Below, piece after piece: positions 48,621 through 60,800 of a stretch of DNA of 64,000 nucleotides. The notes under the pieces were generated by a model, which saw only the letters and a list, made by a program, of their open reading frames with translations, made no database searches and was not told where the DNA came from. Source of the stretch: Octopus vulgaris (taxonomy: Eukaryota); contig OX597816.1 of NCBI GenBank assembly GCA_951406725.2, forward strand, positions 3,720,001 through 3,784,000, given 5' to 3'. The position numbers and the translations under genes were made by a program. Every line of letters begins with the position of its first letter. The first letter of the stretch is position 1.

Positions 48621-51602
48621 TAATCTGGTCTCAGTACAGGCGATACACACACACACCAGTTATAATTTCGTCCGACGCAATTATGTAACCAAGTTGTGAC
48701 CTGCAGAAATTAATAAACTAATGGTTCAACTCGGTATTAAAGTTGCTTCTTGAAATTCTCCTGCAGATCAAATGTACTTCATGTCGTTACGAAACCCACC
48801 TAGGAATATATTAAGTAAATGGATTTGCAAGACATAATCTCCACACGACTGGTACAACGAGATAGAATAAAAGACCTTAATTATATATCTTATTATCCGG
48901 ATTAAGAAAGAGAAAGAAAGAAGGAAAGGAACTCGGAGAGATAAAGAGCGCGAGGTCGAAAGGTGGTAGAGAAGCTATAGAGGTCTTCATGAAATTTGTT
49001 CTGACGTATTTCTGAATCAAAACCACATTGTGTACTCAGGATGAAAGAAAGCTAATCTCGTATACTTCATTTATTTGTTTACTTATCCGTTGCGAGGTTA
49101 CCTAATTTATAAGCTATGAAAAGATATTATTATTATTATTGTTAATAAAAAGAAGGACAGACATTGAGTGTCAGGTAACTGTTTGAAGTTTCTATGCAGA
49201 CCACGATTTCAATAGGTTTTTGCTACAGACCAAAACCGGAACTTTCTTGTTCAGTAATAAACCAGATAGTTGCTTTTTTTCTTCTCTCCTCTAAATAACG
49301 CCGATAGATTAAGCCATATTCTTTAGATATAATACAAACAACAAAGAAAAGCTTTTAGAGAGATTAAATGAGTAAAAGAAAGAAAAGGAAATGTTGGTTA
49401 AATGTAGAGGAAACTCGAAGTAGAACTGGAGGAAGCAAAACTCACTGTTGTGAAAGAAAAGGCACCAAAACGGCACAAAGGGGGGATTAAGAGACGCCTT
49501 ACGTGGGACCGAGTAAAGCAAAGCTGACATGTCTTGTTTGATATAAGAAATACTTAGAGTAGAAAGTAGAAGGAAAATCTACTTTTTGTTTTTCAAGCCA
49601 AGCTATACTCTATTGTTCAAGTAGCAGAAAATATTGACTGTTGTCAAATAGAAAATGAAAGAGAATCGTGAAGGAGATATTTGGAGAATAATGTTTGGCT
49701 GGAAAGTATGAAACTAGATCATAGATATAAGCAGACAGTGATATAAACTAAATAAATCTAATTCACTTTGTATAAATTTTATCAATCTTTACTTGAGGAT
49801 TCATGCATAAGGTATACACCACATATATTGTAATATCTGACTCAATTTATCAGTGGTAGATAATGGATATTCTGGTGCTTTGATAAACAGAATGTCTTTG
49901 AATCGACTTTCGAAATGGAGATACAATGGTTTGCGCATGATTTATTTCAAATTGACGTGACCACTGTCAGAGTAAATTGCAATGAAATATAAACTCTAGT
50001 TATTCTGAAACGGTCTAAATCTCTTGCTCCCTACAAAATTAACATCAACAGCACTATTACCTTCTGTATAAGCGGGTGGTGTCTTCTAGCCTAAATCAAT
50101 CAGGATTCGTTACTTCGTTACTTATTTCCCTGGACGTTGTATTACTCTAGCTGAGCAAATTATACCTGACTGTTACTCAGCATACTATAACAACTGAGGA
50201 CCTTCATACAGAGAACATAATATCAATTTGTATATAAAAGGAATTTATGCGAGCCATGGCGACTTTGTTGTGCTGCACAATTGCACAATTAAACGAAATA
50301 GAGCGGAAGGCGAAGTGATATTCCACCATCATATCTTAATAATTTCAATACAATCATTGCCCAACGTCATTTCAAAATATGACGGAATATAATCAAGATG
50401 GACACTTCAAATACTAAATGCGCGTAGATTATATTCTACGTGTAGCTAGACTTGATCCATGTTGGAAGAATCCACCCTTCAACTAAATGCATTGTGCCAT
50501 TATTTATCATTTGAAATGAGGAGACAGGAGACACTAACATTGTTTATATTTTGAATGTCCTTTTTTTCTTCTATGTTTTATAATCAGACTGTTAGAAAGT
50601 TTTTACAAAGACGTGCATACATTTGTCCTTAGTATTTATATTGACCTCATTTGAATACGATTAAACTTTGTCGATTAAAAAACATTGTGTTTAGATCATT
50701 GATCCTGGAACGATTACCTTTAATCAATAAACTTATTTTCTTAGCTGATGAACATCAACTTCCATGACAGAAAAGGGATCTTATCCTCCATCCTATAGAT
50801 TTCTGTACAAGTGGACAAGCAAATGCATTTATAGGTCTAGAACAATTAAGAGATTGTATAAAGAAAGCTAAGAGTCTTTTCAAACGAGAAATGTTTAGAT
50901 CACCATGCTTTCTTACCACAAAGAAAAAGTATGTTACCCACCAATTCTCTGATACTTAATTTCACATTTTCTATTGTGGGGATTTTTTTTTCTTCCTGGT
51001 CGCACGTGATAAGGTTTAACGGAAATCCTCTCTTAATAAATTATTGCATTCACATAAAATCTAAAAGGTCGTATGAGCTTTCAATATCCGTTTTGTTTCC
51101 CTGTTTCTCTGACCCATTTGGCAATGAACGTCAAGAGAGAATGGTCTTAGACTAATTCAAGTACAATTAGAGAGATAAAGAATAACAACCAGCCACCCTT
51201 AAGAAGTCAAACAAATGCAAAGGTTTACTTTATTTTCAGCTCCGTAAATGTTACATAATCATAAACCAAAGATAATATTGTAAAATATCAACGCATAATA
51301 ACATATGTAGAGATAAGGAATATGCATTTTTATTACAGCAGACACAACGTGTACAACTGTGAACGCATGCAGTAAACTTATGCAATAAATCTGTCTTTCT
51401 GCAAAACATCTGGCTGTTCCTTTTTGCTTTTCAACCAGTTAATCGCAACGTCAGAGAAGCATTCCTATTCATTGAGAAAACAATTTTATCTCTTAGATAC
51501 GCACATACAAAAATAAATAAAGAAATGCATAGACTACACATACTACTTATTTATACACGTATCTATATAAATATGTTATATATTATATATTATATATATA
51601 TA

Positions 51603-51811
51603 TGTTTATAAGCCACTTAAGAAACACGTAAAAACCGTTAGATTCATTCCAACATTTAAAGTTAATTTGCTAAAATATTTTCGCCGCTTTGAGACAAATG
51701 TCAGTGAACAGGTCGCGGTCTCAAAGCGACGAAAATATTTTGACAAATTAAATTTAAATGTTGACATGAATCTAACGGTTTACTATGTGTTTCTTAAGTG
51801 GCTTATGAATA
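51603..51811. repeat. Inverted repeat (arms 51603-51695 / 51718-51811) with a hammerhead at the apex
   Basis: ataagccacttaagaaacac / gtgtttcttaagtggcttat and aaatattttcgccgctttgagac / gtctcaaagcgacgaaaatattt. Confidence 0.9.
51699..51745 (+). ncRNA. Variant type I hammerhead ribozyme (G3/C8 core)
   Basis: tgtca-GTGAACA-g-GTCGC-ggtctcaaa-GCGAC-GAAA-ATAT-TT-tgaca: perfect stems I and II, palindromic AATATT in the stem III position. Confidence 0.65.
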
Positions 51812-51874
51812 CCTTCCACGATCTCAGATCAGGTAACTTGCTATGCAAGTACATCTCCGTAATTATATATATGC

Positions 51875-51909
<35 letters not shown>

Positions 51910-52983
51910 ACATAAACAGCTGGTCCCACTATTTGTCCAGTAAAACGTTGTCATTGTTTGATATTCCGCAGTCTTCAGGGCTCGTCTCATATGTTTGTGA
52001 TGCTCGATAAATATGAAGATTCACCGCCACATCGTCGATTTAGTCACCGTGAGTTCGAAACAATATTTACTCCTCATCGTTTCTATTCGTATTTTATCCA
52101 GTATTAAAGGCTATCTGCAAGAAATATCAATATATTGAAATGAAAGGATTTGGTTAATGATAAAAAGGCATTGTCTACGTCTTCTTAACTCGCAAGCACT
52201 CTCCCTCTATCTCTCAATAATTATATATATATATATATATATAGGGGGGAAATTCAGGAAAAATACATAAGACGAAGACAGGTGGTGTAGAAAACAAACA
52301 GATGTATTAGTATAATGCTCAAGAATTGAAAATGTCTTTTACATTTCGAGCTTACGCTCTTCTACACACACAAATACAGACACACCTATACACACACGTC
52401 AATGCTTACAAACGTTACTCTTGACCTACTTTAAGTTTCATGGTCGGATAGTGTAGTAGTGTAGCAATCAAACGATATATATATATATATATATATACCT
52501 GCTGCTTATCAGCCTGCAAGCGTGAACTTTTTTTTATATATTTAATTATATTTTATAGTTTTATTTTTTTAGATAGGCTTCCTGTTTGAAGCTTTAGAGT
52601 TGATTTCACTGGCTAAATGATCCGTGGAAAGTTTCAATATTACTTTTATTAAAACTTAAGTTGGGGGTTTTTCATTTTTACTTGCGAAGCTAAATCTGCA
52701 TTTCATTTCACACCGTCTTGAAATTTTGTCTACAGCGTGTTTACCTACAATTTATGACGGCAACTATCTTTTACTCTCCACAGCAAACCATGGCTATATG
52801 TTGCGGAAATATACACGACTGCTTGTGTGTGTATGTATGCATGTGTCTATGTACGTACATGTCTCTATACAGGTATACAGTTATGAAAAAAAAACGTACA
52901 AAACTAATTTATTTTTATTTAAAAAATTAAAAGTTGCAATAAAAGTATTATTATAGTTATGACAAATGTATTCTTATGATTAA

Positions 52984-53381
52984 CTAGCAGTATCGCCCAG
53001 CGTTGCTCGGGTTTGTAAGGGAAATAACTAAAATAAGCATTTTTAGAGATGTAAAGTATAATAGCCATCTCAATATGGCTAACCACAAAGGGGGGTGTTA
53101 CTGTAGCTTTTTATGTTCTGAGATTTAATAATGCATTTTTGGAGAGTTACTTCCCTTATATAATAGCAAAAAAATGCATTAAAAATGGGAAAAAATGATG
53201 GTAATTTTTGTTTAAATCGTAGACTCATCATAGACGCACGCTAATACCCAGAAGGGCTCGATATGAATCACGACTATAAGATACCCGGTTTTGGTTAAAC
53301 TGCACCGCAAAATGTGGGAGTAATTAGGAATCTAAATCGTAGGAGACAGACAGCACACAACCTCACTTTTATATATAAAGA
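52984..53381 (-). mobile_element. Non-autonomous Helitron-like element
   Basis: Minus strand A/TCtttatatataaaag...cccgagcaacgctgggcgatactgCTAG/T; 3' terminus shared with 36786-37166. Confidence 0.7.
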
Positions 53382-53794
53382 TGACACTGAAAATATCAAA
53401 GATGAGCTTAACTAATTTAATGTTAATAATTTTAATGAATCAAGTGTTATAACATTGATATGATACTTACTGTATCACTTTTGCACCCCGCTGTATATGA
53501 ACAAATGTACGAGTATATGCATGCATGCATGTATGCACGTGTGTATGTGTACGTATGAATGGTGTACTGCTTTTTGGAAATCATAATGAGATTTCTATAA
53601 AAGAAGGAACAACGTTCCATCATTGGATTTTTATATAACAACAGAAAATAGTTAAATATTTGCGGCTTTGAAAAGTTCCATATATTTTCACTGAATTGCT
53701 TATAGATTGATAAGTGTAATTTAGATGGTTTGTATATTTGCCTGAAAAGCCCAGAATTTCGAGACATTTAATATTATATGAAAATGTACCAATA

Positions 53795-53965
53795 GGCGCA
53801 GGAGTGGCTGTGTGGTAAGTAGCTTGCTAACCAACCACATGGTTCCGAGTTCAGTCCCACTGCGTGGCATCTTGGGCAAGTGTCTTCTACTATAGCCTCG
53901 GGTCGACCAAAGCCTTGTGAGTGGATTTGGTAGACGGAAACTGAAAGAAGCCCGTCGTATATATG

Positions 53966-53998
<33 letters not shown>

Positions 53999-54186
53999 TT
54001 GTACCCTGGCATCGCTTGACAACCGATGCTGGTTTGTTTATGTCCCCGTAACGTAAGGGTTCGGCAAAAGAGACCGATAGAATAAGTTCTAGGTTTACAA
54101 AGTCCCAGGGTCGATTTGCTCGACTAAACGCGGTGCTCCAGCATGGCCGCAGTCAAATGACTGAAACAAGTAAAAGAGTAAAAGAG
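53795..54186 (+). mobile_element. SINE family B, full-length reference copy (tRNA head, CORE-like segment, internal TA/TG microsatellite)
   Basis: A box (gtggctgtgtggtaag), B box (gagttcagtccc), tcttgggcaagtgtctt CORE-like segment, tail gtaaaagagtaaaagag; more than 12 copies in the window. Confidence 0.9.
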
Positions 54187-54289
54187 AAACATGTAAATTT
54201 TAATTGTGATTAGAGAAATTGAGCATATCGGAGTAATACTCAACAAATATACAGTTTCTAATTTAGACTAAATTGTCCAGCCTCACTCA

Positions 54290-54668
54290 TGGATTTGCGG
54301 TTAAGTCCTGCTTCACAACCTCGTGTTTTCAGATTCCGTATCACTGCTCGCACTTTGGGCAAGTGACTTCTTCTTCTTCATCTTCTATAGACGGTAGACG
54401 ACCCACACACACACACACACATTGAATGTATATGCGTGTTTTTAATGTTTGCCCCTCCCCCCCTCCTTCACTTGCCAACCGGTGTTGACTTGTTTACGTC
54501 CTTCCTAATTAACAGATAGGAGAAATATACCGATAGAATAAGAACGAAACGATTATTGTGTAAACGAAACTTTACAACAATAATTACTGTGGCTGGTCCT
54601 GTTTGTATCATCACTTCAAGTCAGTGCCTCAACATGGCCGTTGTCCAGTGACTGAAGCAAGTAAGAGG
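54290..54668 (+). mobile_element. SINE family B, old degenerate copy
   Basis: cactttgggcaagtgacttct...caaccggtgttg...ccgatagaataag...catggccg...gactgaagcaagtaa. Confidence 0.6.
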
Positions 54669-56276
54669 TATCTCTTGGTCACGTGACGCCCCAAACACTT
54701 TTTTTAATCTCGAGCAACTCTATCGGGTCTGTTGGCAGATGTTTTGATGAGAAACTTTAACCATTTAACTTGTGTTGCTGTTTTATATCTCTCGTTCCCG
54801 TGAATGATATTGTACTAGCAAGAACCTTATGCTGTTTAGAACCGCTGTACTTTTATAATATTGGTCGGAAAGTGTTGGTCAAATGTGCAATTTCGATCGT
54901 ATTTGGGACTCCTGAGAGCTTCATTTCTTTGGTCTATAACTAAATCTTGTTCTTGGAGTACAGTATCATAAATTTCGAAATGTGATGTGATCTAGGACGA
55001 CCGTCTCTCTTCGATACTTACGCCTTTATCAAGTTCTGGGAAACACACCTATACATGGATTTTTATTGATAAACAGTGTGTTTATTTCCAATCTGATGTA
55101 GATTAATCCGGTATTTGTAGGTTCTCATGGGACATCCCTCAAGAGCTTAATAATTCGCACACAAACTGTATCAAGCTACTCTCCTTGCATTCAGATCTTG
55201 CAATTGGTTTTGCTGCTGGTGTTTGCGTGACAGCGTACAACACTTAAAGGATGTAAGAACGGCTCTTAAACCCTTTTCATCGTCATATTTACTTTCTAAG
55301 CCTGAACGCGTCTTTAACGTCACTATATCTGAGTTTCCAGTTGATCAGGATTTTAATACGAAGATGGCCGACTTCCTTTCGAGTATAATCAGGTGGGTGA
55401 AATATGGGCGAGAGCAGTGTTAGTACAAATAAAGCTATTACTAGATGCTTTGAGATCTGACATTGTTTTTATTTATTCTCACACTCAGTCTGATTGAGTA
55501 AAGCTATCTTCTAAAGAGTATCTATGATTAAAGATGAACTGACCTATGGTTAAAGGCATTCCTGCTCTAAACACCATCCATTATTTCTTTAAGCTTAGTC
55601 CATCGAACCCTATCCAGTATGTCATTTACCTTTTATGACGATTAAGTGTGGTATGAGGAATATTTTTCTGCTATTTCTATCAGGTCATGCGACTACATAT
55701 AGACTTCCTTACCTCGTAAATTCTATAAAAATCTCTTCGTTCATTTTATCTTTGTTTGCATGTATCAAGTTATATGTAGCTTTCATTGTTTAGAACAGGC
55801 GAGATAGCGAGATCATTGTTGTAAACAGCTTTCATGCGATAAAGTAGAGACATTATTTTGGCCATATTCCATCCCTACATCTGCTGAAAAGGTTATCAAT
55901 TCCAGCTGTTTCTCAATATTACAGATATTTATTTTAAAGATCTTTATATCAACAAAACCATTATTATTTATATTGGAGTTTTTTTTATTATTTCAGAACC
56001 AAACAGTTGATCAATAGGATTTTAATCTACCATATAACCAACCAATGGGGATTTAGGAATGAATTTCAGAGGATTATTTAGCAAAATACATGCAAGGAAC
56101 ATTGATTCTCCTTGGAATATTAGTTTCCAAAATTTATAGAATCAGAGAATTTGCTTTAAGTTAGAATGATGAAGATTGTGGAGCAGGATTCTGTGAGTTT
56201 TCCATGATAGAAACCAGGAAAGTAAGCAGATTCTATAAATACAGTTAATTATGAGGCCATATTTAAAGAAATTAGC

Positions 56277-56637
56277 CAGGAGTGGCTGTGTGGTAAGTTG
56301 CTTGCTAACCAACCACATGGCTCCGGGTTCAGTCCTACTACGTTGCACCTTGGGCGAGTGTCTTCTACTATAACTTCGGGCCGACCAAAGCCTTGTGAGT
56401 GGATTTGCTAGATGGAAACTGAAACAATCCCGTCGCATATATGTGTGTGTGTGTGTGTCCGTGTTTGTCCCCCACCATCGCTTGGCGTCCTCGTAACTTG
56501 ACGGTTCGGCGAAAGAGACCGATAGTATAAGTATTAGGCTTAGAAAGAATAAGTCCTGGGGTCGATTTGCTCGACTAAAGGCGGTGCTCCAGCATGGCCG
56601 CAGTCAAATATCTGAAACAAGTAAAAGAATAAAAGAA
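56277..56637 (+). mobile_element. SINE family B, full length
   Basis: Collinear with 53795-54186. Confidence 0.9.
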
Positions 56638-56878
56638 AGTGTTTGAAGAATTCGGCAATATGATATTTTTTGTTGACATTACAGATTTATTAAAGTTCAC
56701 GTCTCCACTCTAATTTCGGTCACTTAACATTATTGAAGTCATTAAACGATTGTTTGAAACTGTGTGTGGCGGCTAAACATATTCGCATGAAGCACGCATT
56801 GCAAACACGTCGATTCGGGTACAGTTGCACTGTGGAGCTCCTTGAGCAAATGTTTCGTGCAATCAAGACATTAGTATA

Positions 56879-57187
56879 TATGATCACGTGACCGACCAGG
56901 CTATCAGATGTTGCTACACATCGCTGGTCACAATGCACTTCGCATTGTTTTAGCCTTCAAATGACGCCACCCCGCTGGCTAAGCGAGCAGGCCTACAGAA
57001 GAAAGAGTGAGAGAAAGTTGTGGCGAAAGAGTACAGCAGGGACCGCCACCACCCCCTGCAGGAGCCTCGTGGGGCTTTAGGTGTTTTCGCTCAATAAACA
57101 CTCACAACGCCCGGTCTGGGACTCGAAAACGTGATCCTACGACCGCGAGTCCACTGCCCTAACCACTGGGCCATTGCGCCTCCACAG
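56879..57187 (-). mobile_element. tRNA-derived SINE family C with an alternative 3' region
   Basis: 57000-57187 is the reverse complement of 9242-9430; the remaining 3' part differs from the 9244 copy. Confidence 0.85.
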
Positions 57188-59051
57188 TATATATGATAGT
57201 ACATGAAATAGACATGGATTTTGAGCAGATAGGCTGGGACATATAAAATGGCGTGAAATGGTTTCATCCGTGTGTAGTCAAAGTTCAAAGAAGCGAAGAG
57301 CTTTAAGATATATCAGTCTAAGCAGATATTAAGAAACTAATTCATCAAGTTGATTAATGAACGTATTGCTTAATCAATAGAGCTGTTTGTAATCTGCTGC
57401 GTAGAATATTTTTGAATTTTATCCGGATGGTCGGTTCAGCATCTACAACAGAATACGATTATAAATAAACAAATAGATACACGAGCGAAGAATAATAGGA
57501 AGCATTAAGAGATAAAACACCGAATAATCTCCAGCATTATAATTAATGATTTGCTTCGCTTTTTAATCTGAATGCGATGCTCAGAAACACAGGCACAAGT
57601 GGAGACACAGCCGCAGTATGCGCGGTGGCGGATCTAGTCTGGCTCCGACGATCTGAATTAACGTCTGACGCCTACATACAGAATTGTAACACTTGCAATA
57701 TTTCCATTCTGTGAGGTTGTTATCTAAGTTGCAAGTTAAACGCTGCGGTCGGGAAATGCTTTTATTCAACCAGTTGGACTTTTTGAAATTAAGATACCAT
57801 AAAATGTATCTCTGTTTAATTATGCTCGTTATAAATGAGGTCTGTCTGTCTGTTTGTTTGGCTGATTTCTCTCACTACGTTTGTCATCGTAGGAGAGAGA
57901 GAGAGAGAGAGAGAGAGAGTTAACATAAGAGGAACAAGATGAATGCATATACACGGCTTGGTGACAGGAAATGAGTAGACGATTTCATTCTATGCACACA
58001 CACACACACACATACACACACACAATTATAGAAACAAAAACTTTTGCTGAGATAGGTTTTCGGTAAGTAAAGTCTGATTATGACGATAGCATTTTGAAAA
58101 ACTATAACGCATATACAAACGAGATATTTTTAAACGAGATAAAGTTGATTATATTTTAAGATAATTAATATTCTTTATGTTGAAGATCTGTCTGCATTTC
58201 ATCATTTTACAATAAAGCAATTTCAAGTATGACTTAGAAGCAGCTCGAGGTAGAATCGAAACCGTCACAATGACGCAACGTCGATGTCTGTCGCTTCGAG
58301 AAGGGATCCGATGTGAGTTGTGTCCCTTGCCCATGACTTACTTTCAGCTGTCTTTAACACCAGGCGTATTGAGAAGATATCTCTTACGGTTAAAACCCAG
58401 CCGACCCACGAACTAACAACACACAACTTGTGTATGTGTGTTCGATTTTCTTTCCTAAGAAATTTGATGAAAGTTAAATTTTAATTAATATATATATACC
58501 ATATTTTCTGATAATTACCCATGAAGGGAAGAGTGTTGAGTTCAATTCTTTCTGTGGGGTACAGCTTGCACCGGGTTGGCTCCACCTGGTCAATACTCAC
58601 AAACTGCATATTATTATTACCTCTAAATACCAATGGATTAAGGGTCTCACAACTCATGACATGTAAAATTTCAATAGTCATATTCTAAAGCACTCATTGT
58701 TAACTGTTTAGTTAAAACCCACCATTTATGTACCATTCTTAATGCATAAGTACCTTTGAAAGGCAAGATGTTGTGATTTTTGTCTAAGACAAAATCTCTC
58801 AGACGCGTTAGAATTTCTCATTGGCCACTGCTACGACCTATAGAAAAAATATTAGATTTTACAAAAGATAATAAACACTGGTGTTTAAAATATATACTGT
58901 TTTAAACACAGCAAGTCTATGAAGAGAATTTCACTCAGAACAATCAAAAACCAAAAAGTAACACCATATCCTCCTCTATATATGTCTAAATATATTTATT
59001 ACATAAATGCTTTTTTCAATTTTATGCTATTTCAACCTTAAACATCGGGTT

Positions 59052-59640
59052 GGCGTGACTGTGGTAAGAAATTTTCTTCTCAACCACATGGTTCCAAGTT
59101 CAGTCCCACTCTGTGGTACCTGAGACAGGTGTCTGCTAACATAGCCTCGGGACGACAAAAGCCTTGTGAATGGATTTGGTAGACGGAAACTGAAGGACGC
59201 CCGTCATGTGTATGTATATATGAGATGTTTTGGTATCTAGAAGACCTAAGTGCTATAGAAGGACCGCTGTTAAACTCCCGGTTAAATGATAGTATGGAGT
59301 GAGAAGTCTAAGGCGGGTCGTGTGTGAGTGTGTAAATGTTAAATAATATAACAAATGTCCTAGAAATATCACCTTGTCTTGGCCTTGTTATCCTATTTTA
59401 TTTAGCATATAAATATATGTATGTGTGTGTGTTCCTTCCACATCGCTTGACAACCGGTGTTGGTGTCTTTATATCCTCTTAACATAGCAGTTCGGTATGA
59501 GGAGACCTATAGAAAAAATATTAGATTTTACAAAAAATAATAAACATTGGGGTCGATTTGTTCGATAAAAAATTCTTCAAGGCGTTGCTCCAGTATGGCC
59601 TCAGTCTAATGACTGAAACATGAACTAGATAAAAGACGAA
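59052..59640 (+). mobile_element. SINE family B split by an ~190-bp insertion in its internal microsatellite
   Basis: Head 59052-59207 and tail 59420-59640 are both collinear with family B. Confidence 0.75.
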
Positions 59641-59884
59641 AGATATTTCAAGTTCGTTACTGGTATATACAAATAATTAAATTTAAATAGCTATCTGTGT
59701 ATCGTAGATAATGTATGTACACAGTTTATAAGCCAGTCACTTCTGTATTCACACTGGAGTGGTGACATCGAAACATGTGGCTGGTTCTGTGTGCCGCTTA
59801 TTGAAAAGTTTAATCAAGACCAAAATGTTTCCGACATTCTCTCTGGCTTCTTACTGCTGCTGTGCTGTTTCGTCTCTTTCCGAT

Positions 59885-59936
<52 letters not shown>

Positions 59937-59942
59937 TCCTAT

Positions 59943-59977
59943 GTTTCCGACGAAGAGCTCCGTTCGAAACGTTAAAC
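59943..59977 (+). ncRNA. Minimal hammerhead-like motif (C4 variant)
   Basis: gttt-CCGACGA-a-GAGC-tcc-GTTC-GAAAC-GTT-aaac, within a ~140-bp insert between two (TA)n tracts. Confidence 0.65.
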
Positions 59978-60074
59978 CCTCCTTCTTTACTTCTTTCCCG
60001 AGCGTCCAATAATACTATATTTGTTCCACGTCCTCGCGTTGTTGTGTTTTTTTGTGCTTTCTTGTTTGGATTAA

Positions 60075-60108
<34 letters not shown>

Positions 60109-60463
60109 TGTTGTTATCATTATTTTTATTGTTTTTTTTTGTATTTATATTCGTATTACTTTTTGTCTTTTTTTGTATTTATATTCGTGTAACATCGTCC
60201 GTTTTTCTCTCCTTGTTTCGTATACATTCGATCCTTTTTCCAAGGAATCTAATGCTCTTAGCTCAGTTTTTCCTTGGGGATGGCCAGATTGGAGCAATCT
60301 CAAGATTAATCAGCCGAAATTGCGAGGATGATCCGGTTCTTGACGGAAGATTAAATGCTTCGAATGACCCGTCCGTGTTTTTGTATCGTCTATTTGGATG
60401 TTTTGCGTTCTTGTCCCATTTTGTATTTTATATATTATAAACCAATTTACATATTTCTATCGT

Positions 60464-60511
<48 letters not shown>

Positions 60512-60583
60512 GTAAAACGGTAAGATAACAAAAGAAAGAAAGAGACCTCAATATTATGTAAATAGAGGAAATTTATCTATACC

Positions 60584-60759
60584 ATAATATGTTACATTAC
60601 TCAATAGTCAAGATAAAACTCTGAGTTTCAGATGCCGAAGTGGGAATCCACGACATCTCTTCGGTTATAAGAGCAGATAACCGAAGAGATGTCGTGGATT
60701 CCCACTTCGGCATCTGAAACTCAGAGTTTTATCTTGACTATTGAGTAATGTAACATATT

Positions 60760-60761
<2 letters not shown>
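60584..60761. repeat. Perfect 85-bp inverted repeat (arms 60584-60668 / 60677-60761) with an 8-nt spacer
   Basis: Arms checked base by base as exact reverse complements; flanked by (TA)n tracts. Confidence 0.97.
60675..60734 (+). ncRNA. Type I hammerhead ribozyme (C4 variant); mirror copy on the minus strand at 60611-60668
   Basis: agataa-CCGAAGA-GATGtcgtgg..cca.ttcggCATC-t-GAAA-CTC-a-GAG-TT-ttatct: 6-bp stem I, extended stem II, near-palindromic stem III. Confidence 0.75.

Positions 60762-60798
<37 letters not shown>

Positions 60799-60800
<2 letters not shown>

Noticed and set aside
50745-50785. CTGATGA...GAAA motif
   Set aside because: Stems II and III cannot form with the correct spacing.
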